This document shows, piece after piece, positions 1 through 7,986 of a stretch of DNA of 43,019 nt. The notes below the pieces were generated by a model. It saw nothing but the letters and a program-made list of their open reading frames with translations. It ran no database searches and was not told the origin of the DNA. Origin of the DNA: a virus; the UHGV virus genome UHGV-0172637; one strand, 5' to 3'. The translations under genes and the position numbers were made by a program. Position 1 is the stretch's first letter; every line of letters begins with the position of its first letter.

Positions 1-171
1 CATACTATTCTCCTGAGTTTTTATTAGTATCATTATTGTTTTCAGCGCATCACTCGTCTAGTTTCATCGCGCTGATGAGAGGGTAAATTTTACCCCAATT
101 TGTGCATGGGTAAGTAGTAAAACCTGTGCTAAAGGCCGGGGTAATAATAAGGAACGTGGAATCGCGGGCAT

Positions 172-200
172 AAAAAAACCAACCATGAAGGTTGGTTTTT
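172..200 (-). terminator. Rho-independent terminator just 3' of the tRNA-Pro fragment (likely the host tRNA terminator)
   Basis: Inverted repeat AACCAACC (178-185) / GGTTGGTT (191-198) with 5-nt loop, flanked by A-run on plus strand (T-run on minus strand). Confidence 0.5.
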
Positions 201-210
201 CTGGGATTTT

Positions 211-258
211 TGGTCGGCACGAGAGGATTTGAACCTCCGACCCCCGACACCCCATGAC
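211..258 (-). tRNA. Partial tRNA-Pro gene, 3' ~48 nt only (anticodon-arm to CCA end); prophage att core
   Basis: Minus-strand reads ...GTCATGGGGTGTCGGGGGTCGGAGGTTCAAATCCTCTCGTGCCGACCA, matching T-arm/acceptor 3' half of enterobacterial tRNA-Pro as I recall it; sequence 5' of this does not continue as a tRNA (no complementary acceptor-stem 5' strand). Confidence 0.7.
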
Positions 259-451
259 ACCGCTTATAAAACGCTGAGAGCCGCGCAATTGCTGGTATTA
301 GGTACTATTCGCATGTATAAACAAACAGTGCTTTTTTAGCAAAATCTGCTCTATATACATCAATGACTTAGGTGGTGGTTTCTCCCCATGTTTGAATAGT
401 TTCGAAAAGTTGTGTGACATAATGCCAGAACAAACTACTAGAGGCTGGATA

Positions 452-1303
452 ATGAAAAAAAGAACTAAAAAAGGCAGTAACATCCGTTTTCGAGAACACA
501 CTGAGGTCGAGAGGTCTTACATTAGTCTTTATAAGATATTCTGCCGCGCTTGTGAAATTTCTGCAGTCATATCACTGAATCAAAGCGGAATTAAGACCGA
601 CGGCAGGGGGATACGGGCTGCAAATATTTTCACTCGTCAAGTGTTGACTGCGCATAGTCTTAAGAAACTACTGCCAGTACTGCGAAACGGAGATAATCCC
701 GATGATACAGTTTGGGATGTAACCACTATCGCACTTGTGTCCAGAAGTGTGATGGAAAATTTTCAGGCGCTTTTTTATTACGGCACGGAAACGGTCTCGG
801 AAGCGGAGGCTGACTTTCGTTTTCGAATTTTCCAAAAAGACAGAAATGTTAAATGGCGTGATATCAGACTGAAGGCTGGTGAATCTGAAGAATCACTGGA
901 GGAGTTTTTCACTGGCATACCAAAGCAGCAGGAGGAGATAGTGAACCATGAATTCTATAGTTCACTGTCTAAAGAACAAAAGAATAGTCTCAAAAACAGG
1001 GCCGAAATGTATTATACCAAAGCTGAGTTTGAAGCTCGCTGCCCGCGGTTAGCTGATATTGCACTACATCACCAATTACTATCAAATCTAGCCCATCCAT
1101 TGCCACTGGCTATCCATAGGATTGATGAATTTAGCGGTCATGGTTCACCCAGTGAAGCAGACATCTGCTTAGTCATAATATCCCTGAAGGTTGCTACAGA
1201 CTGCCTAATTGCGTCAGTTGAGGGAATGGGCGAAAAATTTGCCGATAGTATCGGTATACTTTATCGGTCAATGATTGAAGAACTCTCCAATTACTCACTT
1301 TGA
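452..1303 (+). CDS. Hypothetical protein, att-proximal accessory gene (283 aa from the RBS-supported ATG)
   Basis: ORF 392-1303 in track; internal ATG at 452 preceded by AGAGG RBS; no motif I recognise; lies between att core and the convergent integrase gene. Confidence 0.5.
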   Translation: MKKRTKKGSNIRFREHTEVERSYISLYKIFCRACEISAVISLNQSGIKTDGRGIRAANIFTRQVLTAHSLKKLLPVLRNGDNPDDTVWDVTTIALVSRSVMENFQALFYYGTETVSEAEADFRFRIFQKDRNVKWRDIRLKAGESEESLEEFFTGIPKQQEEIVNHEFYSSLSKEQKNSLKNRAEMYYTKAEFEARCPRLADIALHHQLLSNLAHPLPLAIHRIDEFSGHGSPSEADICLVIISLKVATDCLIASVEGMGEKFADSIGILYRSMIEELSNYSL

Positions 1304-1396
1304 AATATATACTTTCCTCAACTTCCGACACAGAGCAACCCGTCCAATTTGGTTTGCTCTGCTTTATACTATAGCAATAAAGGGAGTAACTTATTA

Positions 1397-2575
1397 TTAG
1401 CTGGCTTTTATTTCTCCATGTGGAACGACAACCCAGTCGATATGGTTTTGCGTGTAAATTTTAGTTGATTTCGCATCGCTATGTGCCATTCGCCCTTGTG
1501 GATCGATACCCTGCTGATCGAAAAGATGCGCAGCCAGCGCTCTGATTTCGTGAAAGGTTGGTCTTTCGTCCATCGGTAGATTGTCGCATAAACCTAGCTT
1601 GTCACGCGTAGCTGAAAACGACCGACTCAAATAATCCGGCGCAACTTGAGTGGGATGTGAAACCTCTTTGCTGCGTTTAACCTGCCGTTCCGGGAGCCTG
1701 TGAACTATAAATGGACTGGCCACATTATCTCGGCTATCGTCAATTATTCGTTTCAACTCTTCCCCAATAGGTATTGCAACATGTGATGCCTCTTTTTTTT
1801 GCACCTTCTGCCTGTGGATATAGAGAGTCCCATATATGCCATTTTCTGGATGTTCTAACCAAACGCATCCGCATACTCCGTCTTTGGGTTCTTTGATGGA
1901 GTAGCGGATCCTTGATACCTCCAGTCGCGCGTGTGTTGTCTGCAATGCCAAATCCATCGCGCTCCGTAACCATGGTTCAGCTGCACGCCTGATAGCTTTA
2001 AAGTTATCAAGTGAGAGGCGCTGGCGTTTCTTCTCTTCTGTCCTACGCATTTTTTTACGGGTTGCCGGGTTATCGAACATTAGCGATTCATCGACCGCAT
2101 ACGAGAATAGTTTTTTAAGAAAGCTGACTTTCCTGTTTTGTACGTTTGCTGAAGCTTCGGCATGGTAGTGGTTTATATAGGCATTCACATGCTCCAGCTC
2201 AATATCGCAAGCTGGTGTGCTGATGAAGAATTCTTTCACTCTCAGAGCATCGTTGTTCCAATCGTCGAGTGTATTCTGTGAGGGGCGCTCATTCTCAATC
2301 GCCCGCTCCATAATATGATCTACGTGTTCAGCAAATGGTTTTGCTTCCCCCGTTACACCGCCAGATTCACGGACAAGTATTTCTACTGATGGTACATTTG
2401 CAGGCCTCATTCTGAGGTTGTATTCACGGGCTATAGCGATCGCTACAGCCCTGTCTTTACCGATATTCTTTTTTTTCCCAGTTATAAGCGTAAATTTATA
2501 AACGCCGCGATCTTTATCGAATATTAGATATTCGGGTAGATGGCGGTATTCTCTTTTTCTTGGCCTGGCTGCCAT
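1397..2575 (-). CDS. int: Tyrosine recombinase, lambda-type integrase
   Basis: 392 aa; C-terminal catalytic signature HEIRALAAHL...GRMAHSDAKSTKIY (His-x-x-Arg ... His ... Tyr), N-terminal arm-binding-like region; adjacent to att and xis. Confidence 0.92.
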   Translation of the reverse strand: MAARPRKREYRHLPEYLIFDKDRGVYKFTLITGKKKNIGKDRAVAIAIAREYNLRMRPANVPSVEILVRESGGVTGEAKPFAEHVDHIMERAIENERPSQNTLDDWNNDALRVKEFFISTPACDIELEHVNAYINHYHAEASANVQNRKVSFLKKLFSYAVDESLMFDNPATRKKMRRTEEKKRQRLSLDNFKAIRRAAEPWLRSAMDLALQTTHARLEVSRIRYSIKEPKDGVCGCVWLEHPENGIYGTLYIHRQKVQKKEASHVAIPIGEELKRIIDDSRDNVASPFIVHRLPERQVKRSKEVSHPTQVAPDYLSRSFSATRDKLGLCDNLPMDERPTFHEIRALAAHLFDQQGIDPQGRMAHSDAKSTKIYTQNHIDWVVVPHGEIKAS

Positions 2576-2577
2576 GG

Positions 2578-2787
2578 TTAACCCTCACTGATAAGCTGGC
2601 GAACCGTATGATTAACCATTGAGTCGACCCCCCATTTTTCAGACTCGCAGACCCAAACAGATCCGTCTACGATTTTGCCTGTGAGAAGTCCGTTTTCAAC
2701 CCAACGTTTAATGGTTCGATTATCCGGGATCGAGTCTTTGGTAAATTCGCGTTTACCCCACTGACTCGCCTTCATAAGTTTTGCCAT
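2578..2787 (-). CDS. xis: Excisionase (Xis-like DNA-binding protein)
   Basis: 69 aa, immediately upstream of and co-oriented with int; winged-helix-like RTIKRWVENGLL motif typical of excisionases. Confidence 0.75.
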   Translation of the reverse strand: MAKLMKASQWGKREFTKDSIPDNRTIKRWVENGLLTGKIVDGSVWVCESEKWGVDSMVNHTVRQLISEG

Positions 2788-2876
2788 GACAGACTCTCCA
2801 TACAGCCCGGCTGCACCCGGGCTTTAATATAAAACGATTGTGCTTTTAATATATAAAGACTTGCCTAATTGTTTAA

Positions 2877-4115
2877 TTACTTTTTCATCACCTTTTCAGC
2901 AACACCAGCAATTGCCTCAAGTCCATCAAACATTGCTGGTATATTATTTTCATTGTTTTGTATTGGACTAAAAATAAGAGCATCAAAAGAGTCTAAAACT
3001 TTCTCAATAGCAATGTTATTTTTTCTTCTATATTCAACATACCCATCAATGAAAGCACATAAGCTGAGCCTTAGATCAATCTGCATAAGTTGAGTTCTTA
3101 AAGCCTTCGCTTCTAAATATGAAAGTCTGAAAAAATAAATAATTGCCATCTCAATAGTAATAAATGGGAATAGAATGAAGATCGCTGAATAATCTTTAGG
3201 ATATAAATCAGGGAAAGAAAAATGGATTATTACAGCAATCACAGGAGCAATGAATACAGTCCCAAATAAATTTTTATAATTCATTTCAGTTGTAGAAAGC
3301 TCTTTCTCTTTTTTTTCTTTTATTATGTTAAAACCAGAGCTTAACCCAACAAAATTATACTCTGATTTTAAATTTCTCACACGCTCCTCTAGTGCCTTAA
3401 TTTCATCCCTTGATTCATCCACGTATTTTAAATTAGCATCTGCTTCTAGTTTTCCATCTACAATAGCTTTTTTAATGTCATTATAATTATCAGATATTAA
3501 TGATATGGATGCTTTAGTGTCTTTGTTAATTTTATCAATAGCCAAATCTAAGTTGCTAGAAATTTCATCGAGAAACTTCCGTTTGTTTTCGTCGAGGTCT
3601 GATATAAAGTTTCTAGCATCAGTTAGTTTGTTACTGTTTAGTAACCACTTCATAAGTGAAATAGGTAGTTTGTCTCGAATCCATGAAAATTGGTATTTAC
3701 CTTCATTATCCTTGAAAGTGTTTTCTAATAATGTCAATTTGCTGTCTGTGATAAAGTTAGGCGTGATAATGGAACGAGTGCCTGTCCAATAATAGTACTC
3801 GTACAATACTCTTAACAAGGTTGACAAAAAATCAATCTTGTCTTTCTTGTAATCGTCAACTTGAAATTCCATGTGCAACAATATATTGTCTTGATTAAAA
3901 CCTGTATTCTCATCTAAATGTTGTGGGTTGTTATTTATTATTGATATAAAAGTCGACCATGCTGAGTCCAATGTAGTATAGAATAAAGATATGCTATTAT
4001 CTTTCTTTTTGGCGGATTTCTTGGACATTTCTTCAAACCTAATAAGATCTCTACTAATTATAGTATTTGTTTCCTTTATTGAATTAAGTATTTTATTATC
4101 GCTATATAGTCCCAT
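2877..4115 (-). CDS. Hypothetical membrane-anchored protein (coiled-coil region, two C-terminal TM helices), AT-rich accessory gene
   Basis: 412 aa; Lys/Asn/Ile-rich, visibly AT-rich DNA; hydrophobic segments LFGTVFIAPVIAVIIHF and YSAIFILFPFITIEMAIIYFF; heptad-like segment DESRDEIKALEERVRNLKSE. Confidence 0.6.
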   Translation of the reverse strand: MGLYSDNKILNSIKETNTIISRDLIRFEEMSKKSAKKKDNSISLFYTTLDSAWSTFISIINNNPQHLDENTGFNQDNILLHMEFQVDDYKKDKIDFLSTLLRVLYEYYYWTGTRSIITPNFITDSKLTLLENTFKDNEGKYQFSWIRDKLPISLMKWLLNSNKLTDARNFISDLDENKRKFLDEISSNLDLAIDKINKDTKASISLISDNYNDIKKAIVDGKLEADANLKYVDESRDEIKALEERVRNLKSEYNFVGLSSGFNIIKEKKEKELSTTEMNYKNLFGTVFIAPVIAVIIHFSFPDLYPKDYSAIFILFPFITIEMAIIYFFRLSYLEAKALRTQLMQIDLRLSLCAFIDGYVEYRRKNNIAIEKVLDSFDALIFSPIQNNENNIPAMFDGLEAIAGVAEKVMKK

Positions 4116-4193
4116 TTCTATACCTTTTTAAATATTATTATGTTTCATTGAGTGATGAGATATTTTACGATCAATTTTCCGGTTTTGCTTCAT

Positions 4194-4225
4194 AAAATCC
4201 CCACCCTTTCTAAGGAAGGGGATCT
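4194..4225 (-). terminator. Possible terminator separating the early-left operon from the AT-rich accessory gene
   Basis: Minus strand ATCCCC...GGGGAT stem followed by TTTT; long loop, so weak. Confidence 0.3.
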
Positions 4226-4232
4226 AAATCTC

Positions 4233-5060
4233 TTATGGTTTAAATATTCCGATGAAAGTGTCCACTGATTCACACTCGAACTTGCTGATCAGCAAATTGC
4301 GGAATTCATTGGCGATCTCTTCTTCCTGGGCTTCAAGTTGGACGATGCGCAGAACAAAGCAGGGTTCATCGCTGGTCAGCAGGCTGTTACGCAAGCTAAA
4401 ACGGCGTTCGCCCAGACCTTCATACGGTACACATTTGAATTCAAACGCCACAGGCATTACGTCTTTGCTGCTTGCTTCAACGCTTTGCATCAGCGATTTT
4501 TTACCAGCGAAATCACCAGTTTCATGGTCCTGCTGGGTTGCTTGTTGAATGGTGATACGACGCACAGCCTGAGCCGCCTGGGAAATCTGCATCGTATTAC
4601 CATCGGCATCAAACGCGAGCAGGTAGTCACTCCAGTCTTCCAGCCATTCAGCGATTTGCTTTTGCTTCAGACGTTGACCATCGATCTGCAGTAACGCGCG
4701 GAACGGGGCGGTTTTCTTCAGGGTGATTGAAGCAACATTATCGGCGTGACCGGGATTATCCAGGGTGCCGATGTTGAACACTGAACGAGCGGTCATGTTG
4801 TCAGCGTCAATGAAGCAACGGGCTGGCTCGCTGGCGCTGGCGTAACCTTTAGAATAACGTGCGAAGTCGTCAATACTGGTTGTGGTCATTGCGCCACGGA
4901 AGCGGAAACGCTCCAGAGAAAAGCGCTCAAGGCTTTCAACGCCAGTACCTTCTGGCAATAATGCGGTCGGGCAAGCCAGGTCCTGAATATCATTCAGGTG
5001 ATAACCGGAAAGAACCAGGTCTTTGACCTGCTTGAAGGTACCGCTGTCTAACTGAGACAT
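4233..5060 (-). CDS. Phage early protein, possibly YfdQ-like (DUF2303-type)
   Basis: 275 aa ORF in the early-left operon; length and position resemble the yfdP-yfdQ pair of E. coli cryptic prophage CPS-53 (recall only, not verified). Confidence 0.4.
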   Translation of the reverse strand: MSQLDSGTFKQVKDLVLSGYHLNDIQDLACPTALLPEGTGVESLERFSLERFRFRGAMTTTSIDDFARYSKGYASASEPARCFIDADNMTARSVFNIGTLDNPGHADNVASITLKKTAPFRALLQIDGQRLKQKQIAEWLEDWSDYLLAFDADGNTMQISQAAQAVRRITIQQATQQDHETGDFAGKKSLMQSVEASSKDVMPVAFEFKCVPYEGLGERRFSLRNSLLTSDEPCFVLRIVQLEAQEEEIANEFRNLLISKFECESVDTFIGIFKP

Positions 5061-5116
5061 AAAAATTCCTTATTAACTGATGATCAAAGTGGTATCAGTG
5101 AGTTTGTTGTTGCGGA

Positions 5117-5491
5117 TCACTGAGCCGCTTTAAGCTTTCCATCCACCGCGCCAGTGATCCCGAACAGCTGACCCTGATCTTCCTGCAGGATGGTGAGCTT
5201 CCCGCCTTTGTTGACCCACATCGGGGTTTCGGTTGTGTCCTCTTCGGATGCTTTACCACGCGGTGTTGGGGTGCTGTAGTTCAGCTTGTGCTTGATCTTG
5301 ACGCGCTTCTCTTCAACGGAATTACCCATGCGCTCAAAATCAAATGTGAGGACTACTTTGCCTTTGTTGCCGTTGTTCAGAACGCCAAGTGCGGTGGTAT
5401 TAAGTGCTGCCGCGATTTTGTTCATGAACACGCCGGCATCCAGTTCGCCAAGAAAATCTGGCACTACGGTCATGCGGTCATTACTCATGGT
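5117..5491 (-). CDS. Hypothetical early-left protein (124 aa from the RBS-supported start)
   Basis: ORF track gives 5117-5575; internal ATG at 5491 preceded by GAGGG RBS; first gene after a ~500-nt ORF-free leader. Confidence 0.5.
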   Translation of the reverse strand, partial: TMSNDRMTVVPDFLGELDAGVFMNKIAAALNTTALGVLNNGNKGKVVLTFDFERMGNSVEEKRVKIKHKLNYSTPTPRGKASEEDTTETPMWVNKGGKLTILQEDQGQLFGITGAVDGKLKAAQ

Positions 5492-5998
5492 TTTACCCTC
5501 GTTATGGCGGCTGCCACCGCCGAACTTTCTCCATACACAACAGAGAAGGGCACCTGCATTTGTCGGCGACTGCAATCGCCATCCTCTTGCCCTGGTGGAT
5601 TGGGTTATGAGCCCGTCGCCCGGTGATGCCCTTTTCTGTTGTGCCCTGAAAAAGGCTGGCGGTTACCGGACAAATGGGAAAACACCGGGCCGCCAGAACA
5701 GGGAGTTACTTGTTATTGCTTTGGCCTGCTTTTAACCACATCAGGCGCGGTGGTAGGTATCTTCGGGCGGGGTGCTAAGGGGGTGATTAGCCCTTGCCCT
5801 TAACACTCCTGCTGGTTTTGGTATTCCTGGCTTGGGTATCGCCACCAGCTATAGGAATTTGACTACGAGTTGCGGTTAATCAGGCCGCGCCTCTGTTACC
5901 CCTCCCGAAGACACCTGTCAGCTAATCATCCGGTTATTCATATGCCACCGGCGGCTACTTCGTGGGCGTCCTGCCTGTTCGCTGTTTGTTTATTTAAT

Positions 5999-6048
5999 GT
6001 AGGATAACTTACAAAGAAAGGTCAAGAGGAAATGTTGGATAACTTACA
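5999..6048 (-). promoter_or_regulatory. Leftward early promoter/operator region (OL/pL-like): two operator copies flanking a TTGACC -35
   Basis: 16-bp sites TGTAAGTTATCCTACA (6014-5999, minus) and TGTAAGTTATCCAACA (6048-6033, minus); minus-strand TTGACC-18nt-TACATT mirrors the rightward promoter at 6768-6797. Confidence 0.55.
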
Positions 6049-6054
6049 TTGAGG

Positions 6055-6085
6055 GGTGAAAAAAAACCGGGATAACCCGGTTTCC
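6055..6085 (-). terminator. Rho-independent terminator immediately downstream of the repressor gene
   Basis: Stem CCGGG-ATAA-CCCGG followed on the minus strand by a run of 8 T. Confidence 0.7.
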
Positions 6086-6732
6086 TTATAAATCCATTAT
6101 CACTTGTCTTACTAATCCGACCAAACGGCAGTTGCCGTTTACCTCGAGCATCCTGTAGTTGGGATTGAGAGGTACAAGGTATTTAAGCGGACCATCAATG
6201 ACGAATTTTTTTATAGTGGCTTCGTCACTTCCCATTAGCTGAGCAATGACAATTTTACCATTTGCTTGGCTGGCATCTCCAAAGTCAGGTTCTACGACGA
6301 CGAGAGAGCCCTCCGGGATGCTTGGTGCGCCATTTGGGTTAGTCATTGAGTCACCGCGGACTATTAGTGCAAAAGCGCTCTCTGAAACAGCTGCTGAAGT
6401 GTAAACCCAGTCTTGAATGTCTCGTTCCGTTATCGCACCACTATTGGCAGTCCATTCCCCGGCTTGCACCCACGTTAAAACGGGAACTGATCTAATTCCG
6501 AATCTCTGCTCTGGGTTCATTGTTGGCGGTTGTTGTTTCCCGTCATCCTTACCCTCCAGCAACCACTGCGGTGTCTTTTCAAGAGCAGCAGCAAGCGCCT
6601 GAAGGTTCTCACCGCCAGGTTTATAGTCACCAGATTCCCAGCCGGTGATCGTGACGCGGTTTACCCCGACAAGCTTTGCCAGGACAGATTGCGTCATCTT
6701 CAGCTCTTTTCGTCTGCTTCGGATTCGATCAT
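6086..6732 (-). CDS. Prophage repressor, cI/LexA-like (HTH + S24 peptidase domain)
   Basis: N-terminal XRE-type HTH (MTQSVLAKLVGVNRVTITGWESG), C-terminal S24 autopeptidase signature (RGDSM ... K); start taken at ATG 6732 rather than track start 6820. Confidence 0.9.
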
Positions 6733-6797
6733 TCATTTTCATGTAGGCAATCCTACCATTTTCTAATGTAGGAGTGCTTGACCATTTTATGTAAGAT
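6732..6797 (+). promoter_or_regulatory. Rightward early promoter/operator region (OR/pR-like) with three operator-like sites
   Basis: Sites TGTAGGCAATCCTACC (6732-6747), TGTAGGAGTGCTTGAC (6757-6772), TGTAAGATATCCTACT (6780-6795); TTGACC (6768-6773) - 18 nt - TACTAT (6792-6797) upstream of cro-like gene. Confidence 0.6.
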
Positions 6798-6841
6798 ATC
6801 CTACTATTTATGCACTGCATGACCTAACTCCAGAGGGAAAA

Positions 6842-7039
6842 ATGAAAAAGAATGACGTTATCTCTTACTTCGGTGGCGTAGGGAAAACCGCCAAGGCGCT
6901 GAATATCTCCCACGCATCTGTATCGGGCTGGGATGAAGTTATCCCAAAGGGGAGGGCATTTGAGATCCAGGCGCTGACGAAAGGTGATTTGAAAGTTAAC
7001 CAATCCCTTTATGAAAAGCGTAGTCATTCGGCTGCGTGA
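6842..7039 (+). CDS. Cro/YdaS-like HTH regulator
   Basis: 65 aa, divergent from repressor across the operator region; HTH GKTAKALNISHASVSGW; AGAGGG RBS. Confidence 0.8.
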   Translation: MKKNDVISYFGGVGKTAKALNISHASVSGWDEVIPKGRAFEIQALTKGDLKVNQSLYEKRSHSAA

Positions 7040-7067
7040 TTAAAACCACAGAAATTAGGGGACAACC

Positions 7068-7634
7068 GTGGATAAACAACACTGGAAAGTAGAGCGACAA
7101 CCAGCTTGGCTGGTGGCTGCAATCAAAAGAACGATCGCCGAAATGTCGGGTGGGTATGCCGAAGCAGCTGAATGGCTTGGTCTGTACCGCGCTGGAAAAC
7201 TCTCAACGGATGCACTCTATAACCGACTACGTAACGAAGGTGATCAAATTTTCCCGCTTGAGTGGGCGATGGTGCTTCAGGATGCGAGCGGTACTAAGTA
7301 TGTCACCGATGCGATAGCCCGCCGTAGTGGTGGTGTATTCGTTCCGCTGGTGGAAGTAGATGATCTTGATAACGGCGATATCAACCAGCGTCTGATGGAG
7401 TCAATCGAATGGATTGGCAAACACTCGCAGTACCTGCGTAAGGCAACCGCCGACGGGGTTATTGATCCGGCAGAACGTGAGCAGATTGAAGAGAACAGTT
7501 ATCAGGTAATGGCTAAGTGGCAGGAGCATTTGACGCTGCTATTCCGTGTTTTCTGCGCGCCAGAAAAGAGTGACGCCCGCGAGTGTGCAGCTCCGGGCGC
7601 CTTGGCGAACAACTCTTCGAGTATGGAGAAATAA
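7068..7634 (+). CDS. CII-like/YdaT-like early regulatory protein
   Basis: 188 aa, GTG start with RBS, immediately after cro-like gene; family assignment from memory of Rac ydaS-ydaT arrangement. Confidence 0.45.
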   Translation: MDKQHWKVERQPAWLVAAIKRTIAEMSGGYAEAAEWLGLYRAGKLSTDALYNRLRNEGDQIFPLEWAMVLQDASGTKYVTDAIARRSGGVFVPLVEVDDLDNGDINQRLMESIEWIGKHSQYLRKATADGVIDPAEREQIEENSYQVMAKWQEHLTLLFRVFCAPEKSDARECAAPGALANNSSSMEK

Positions 7635-7806
7635 TCCGCATGAGCAGTTTAACGGCTTTTAACCGTCTACCGCAACTCAGGATGATCCCGGTTTCGGGTA
7701 CTCCGTTGTTTCGGTATGAACGCAGATTATCAAACCGCTGGGTTCCGTGTAACCACAGTAGGGCGGTTTCAATTGTGGGGGTCTATAACCGGAGGGCAAA
7801 ACGCCT

Positions 7807-7986
7807 GTGCGCGAACTTAACCGAAGGTTCAAAGACCACCGCGGAGTGTCTGTCCGTGTTATCCGCTGGGAACCAGAAACACAACGCGTTATCTACCTGC
7901 GTGATGGCTACCCGCACGAATGCTTCAGCCCACTTGAGCATTTCAGGCAAAAGTTCAGGGAGATAACGGACGATCATGAGCACTAA
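7807..7986 (+). CDS. Small hypothetical protein (59 aa, GTG start)
   Basis: Not in ORF track (below its size cutoff); GGAGGG 10 nt upstream of GTG; fills gap before replication gene and overlaps its start by 11 nt. Confidence 0.3.
   Translation: MRELNRRFKDHRGVSVRVIRWEPETQRVIYLRDGYPHECFSPLEHFRQKFREITDDHEH

Noticed and set aside
50-288. Two minus-strand ORFs (50-250 and 64-288) overlapping the tRNA fragment and its terminator
   Set aside because: They run through a tRNA-derived segment and a terminator hairpin and have no RBS; they are most likely chance ORFs in the host flank.
5286-5735. Plus-strand ORFs 5286-5735 and 5288-5626
   Set aside because: Antisense to the early-left gene and extending into the untranslated leader, with no RBS; unlikely to be coding.
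7583-7966. 127-aa plus-strand ORF bridging the cII-like and replication genes
   Set aside because: Overlaps the 3' end of the cII-like gene, has a Ser/Arg-rich low-complexity product and no RBS; a 59-aa GTG-start ORF (7807-7986) in another frame is the more plausible small gene.
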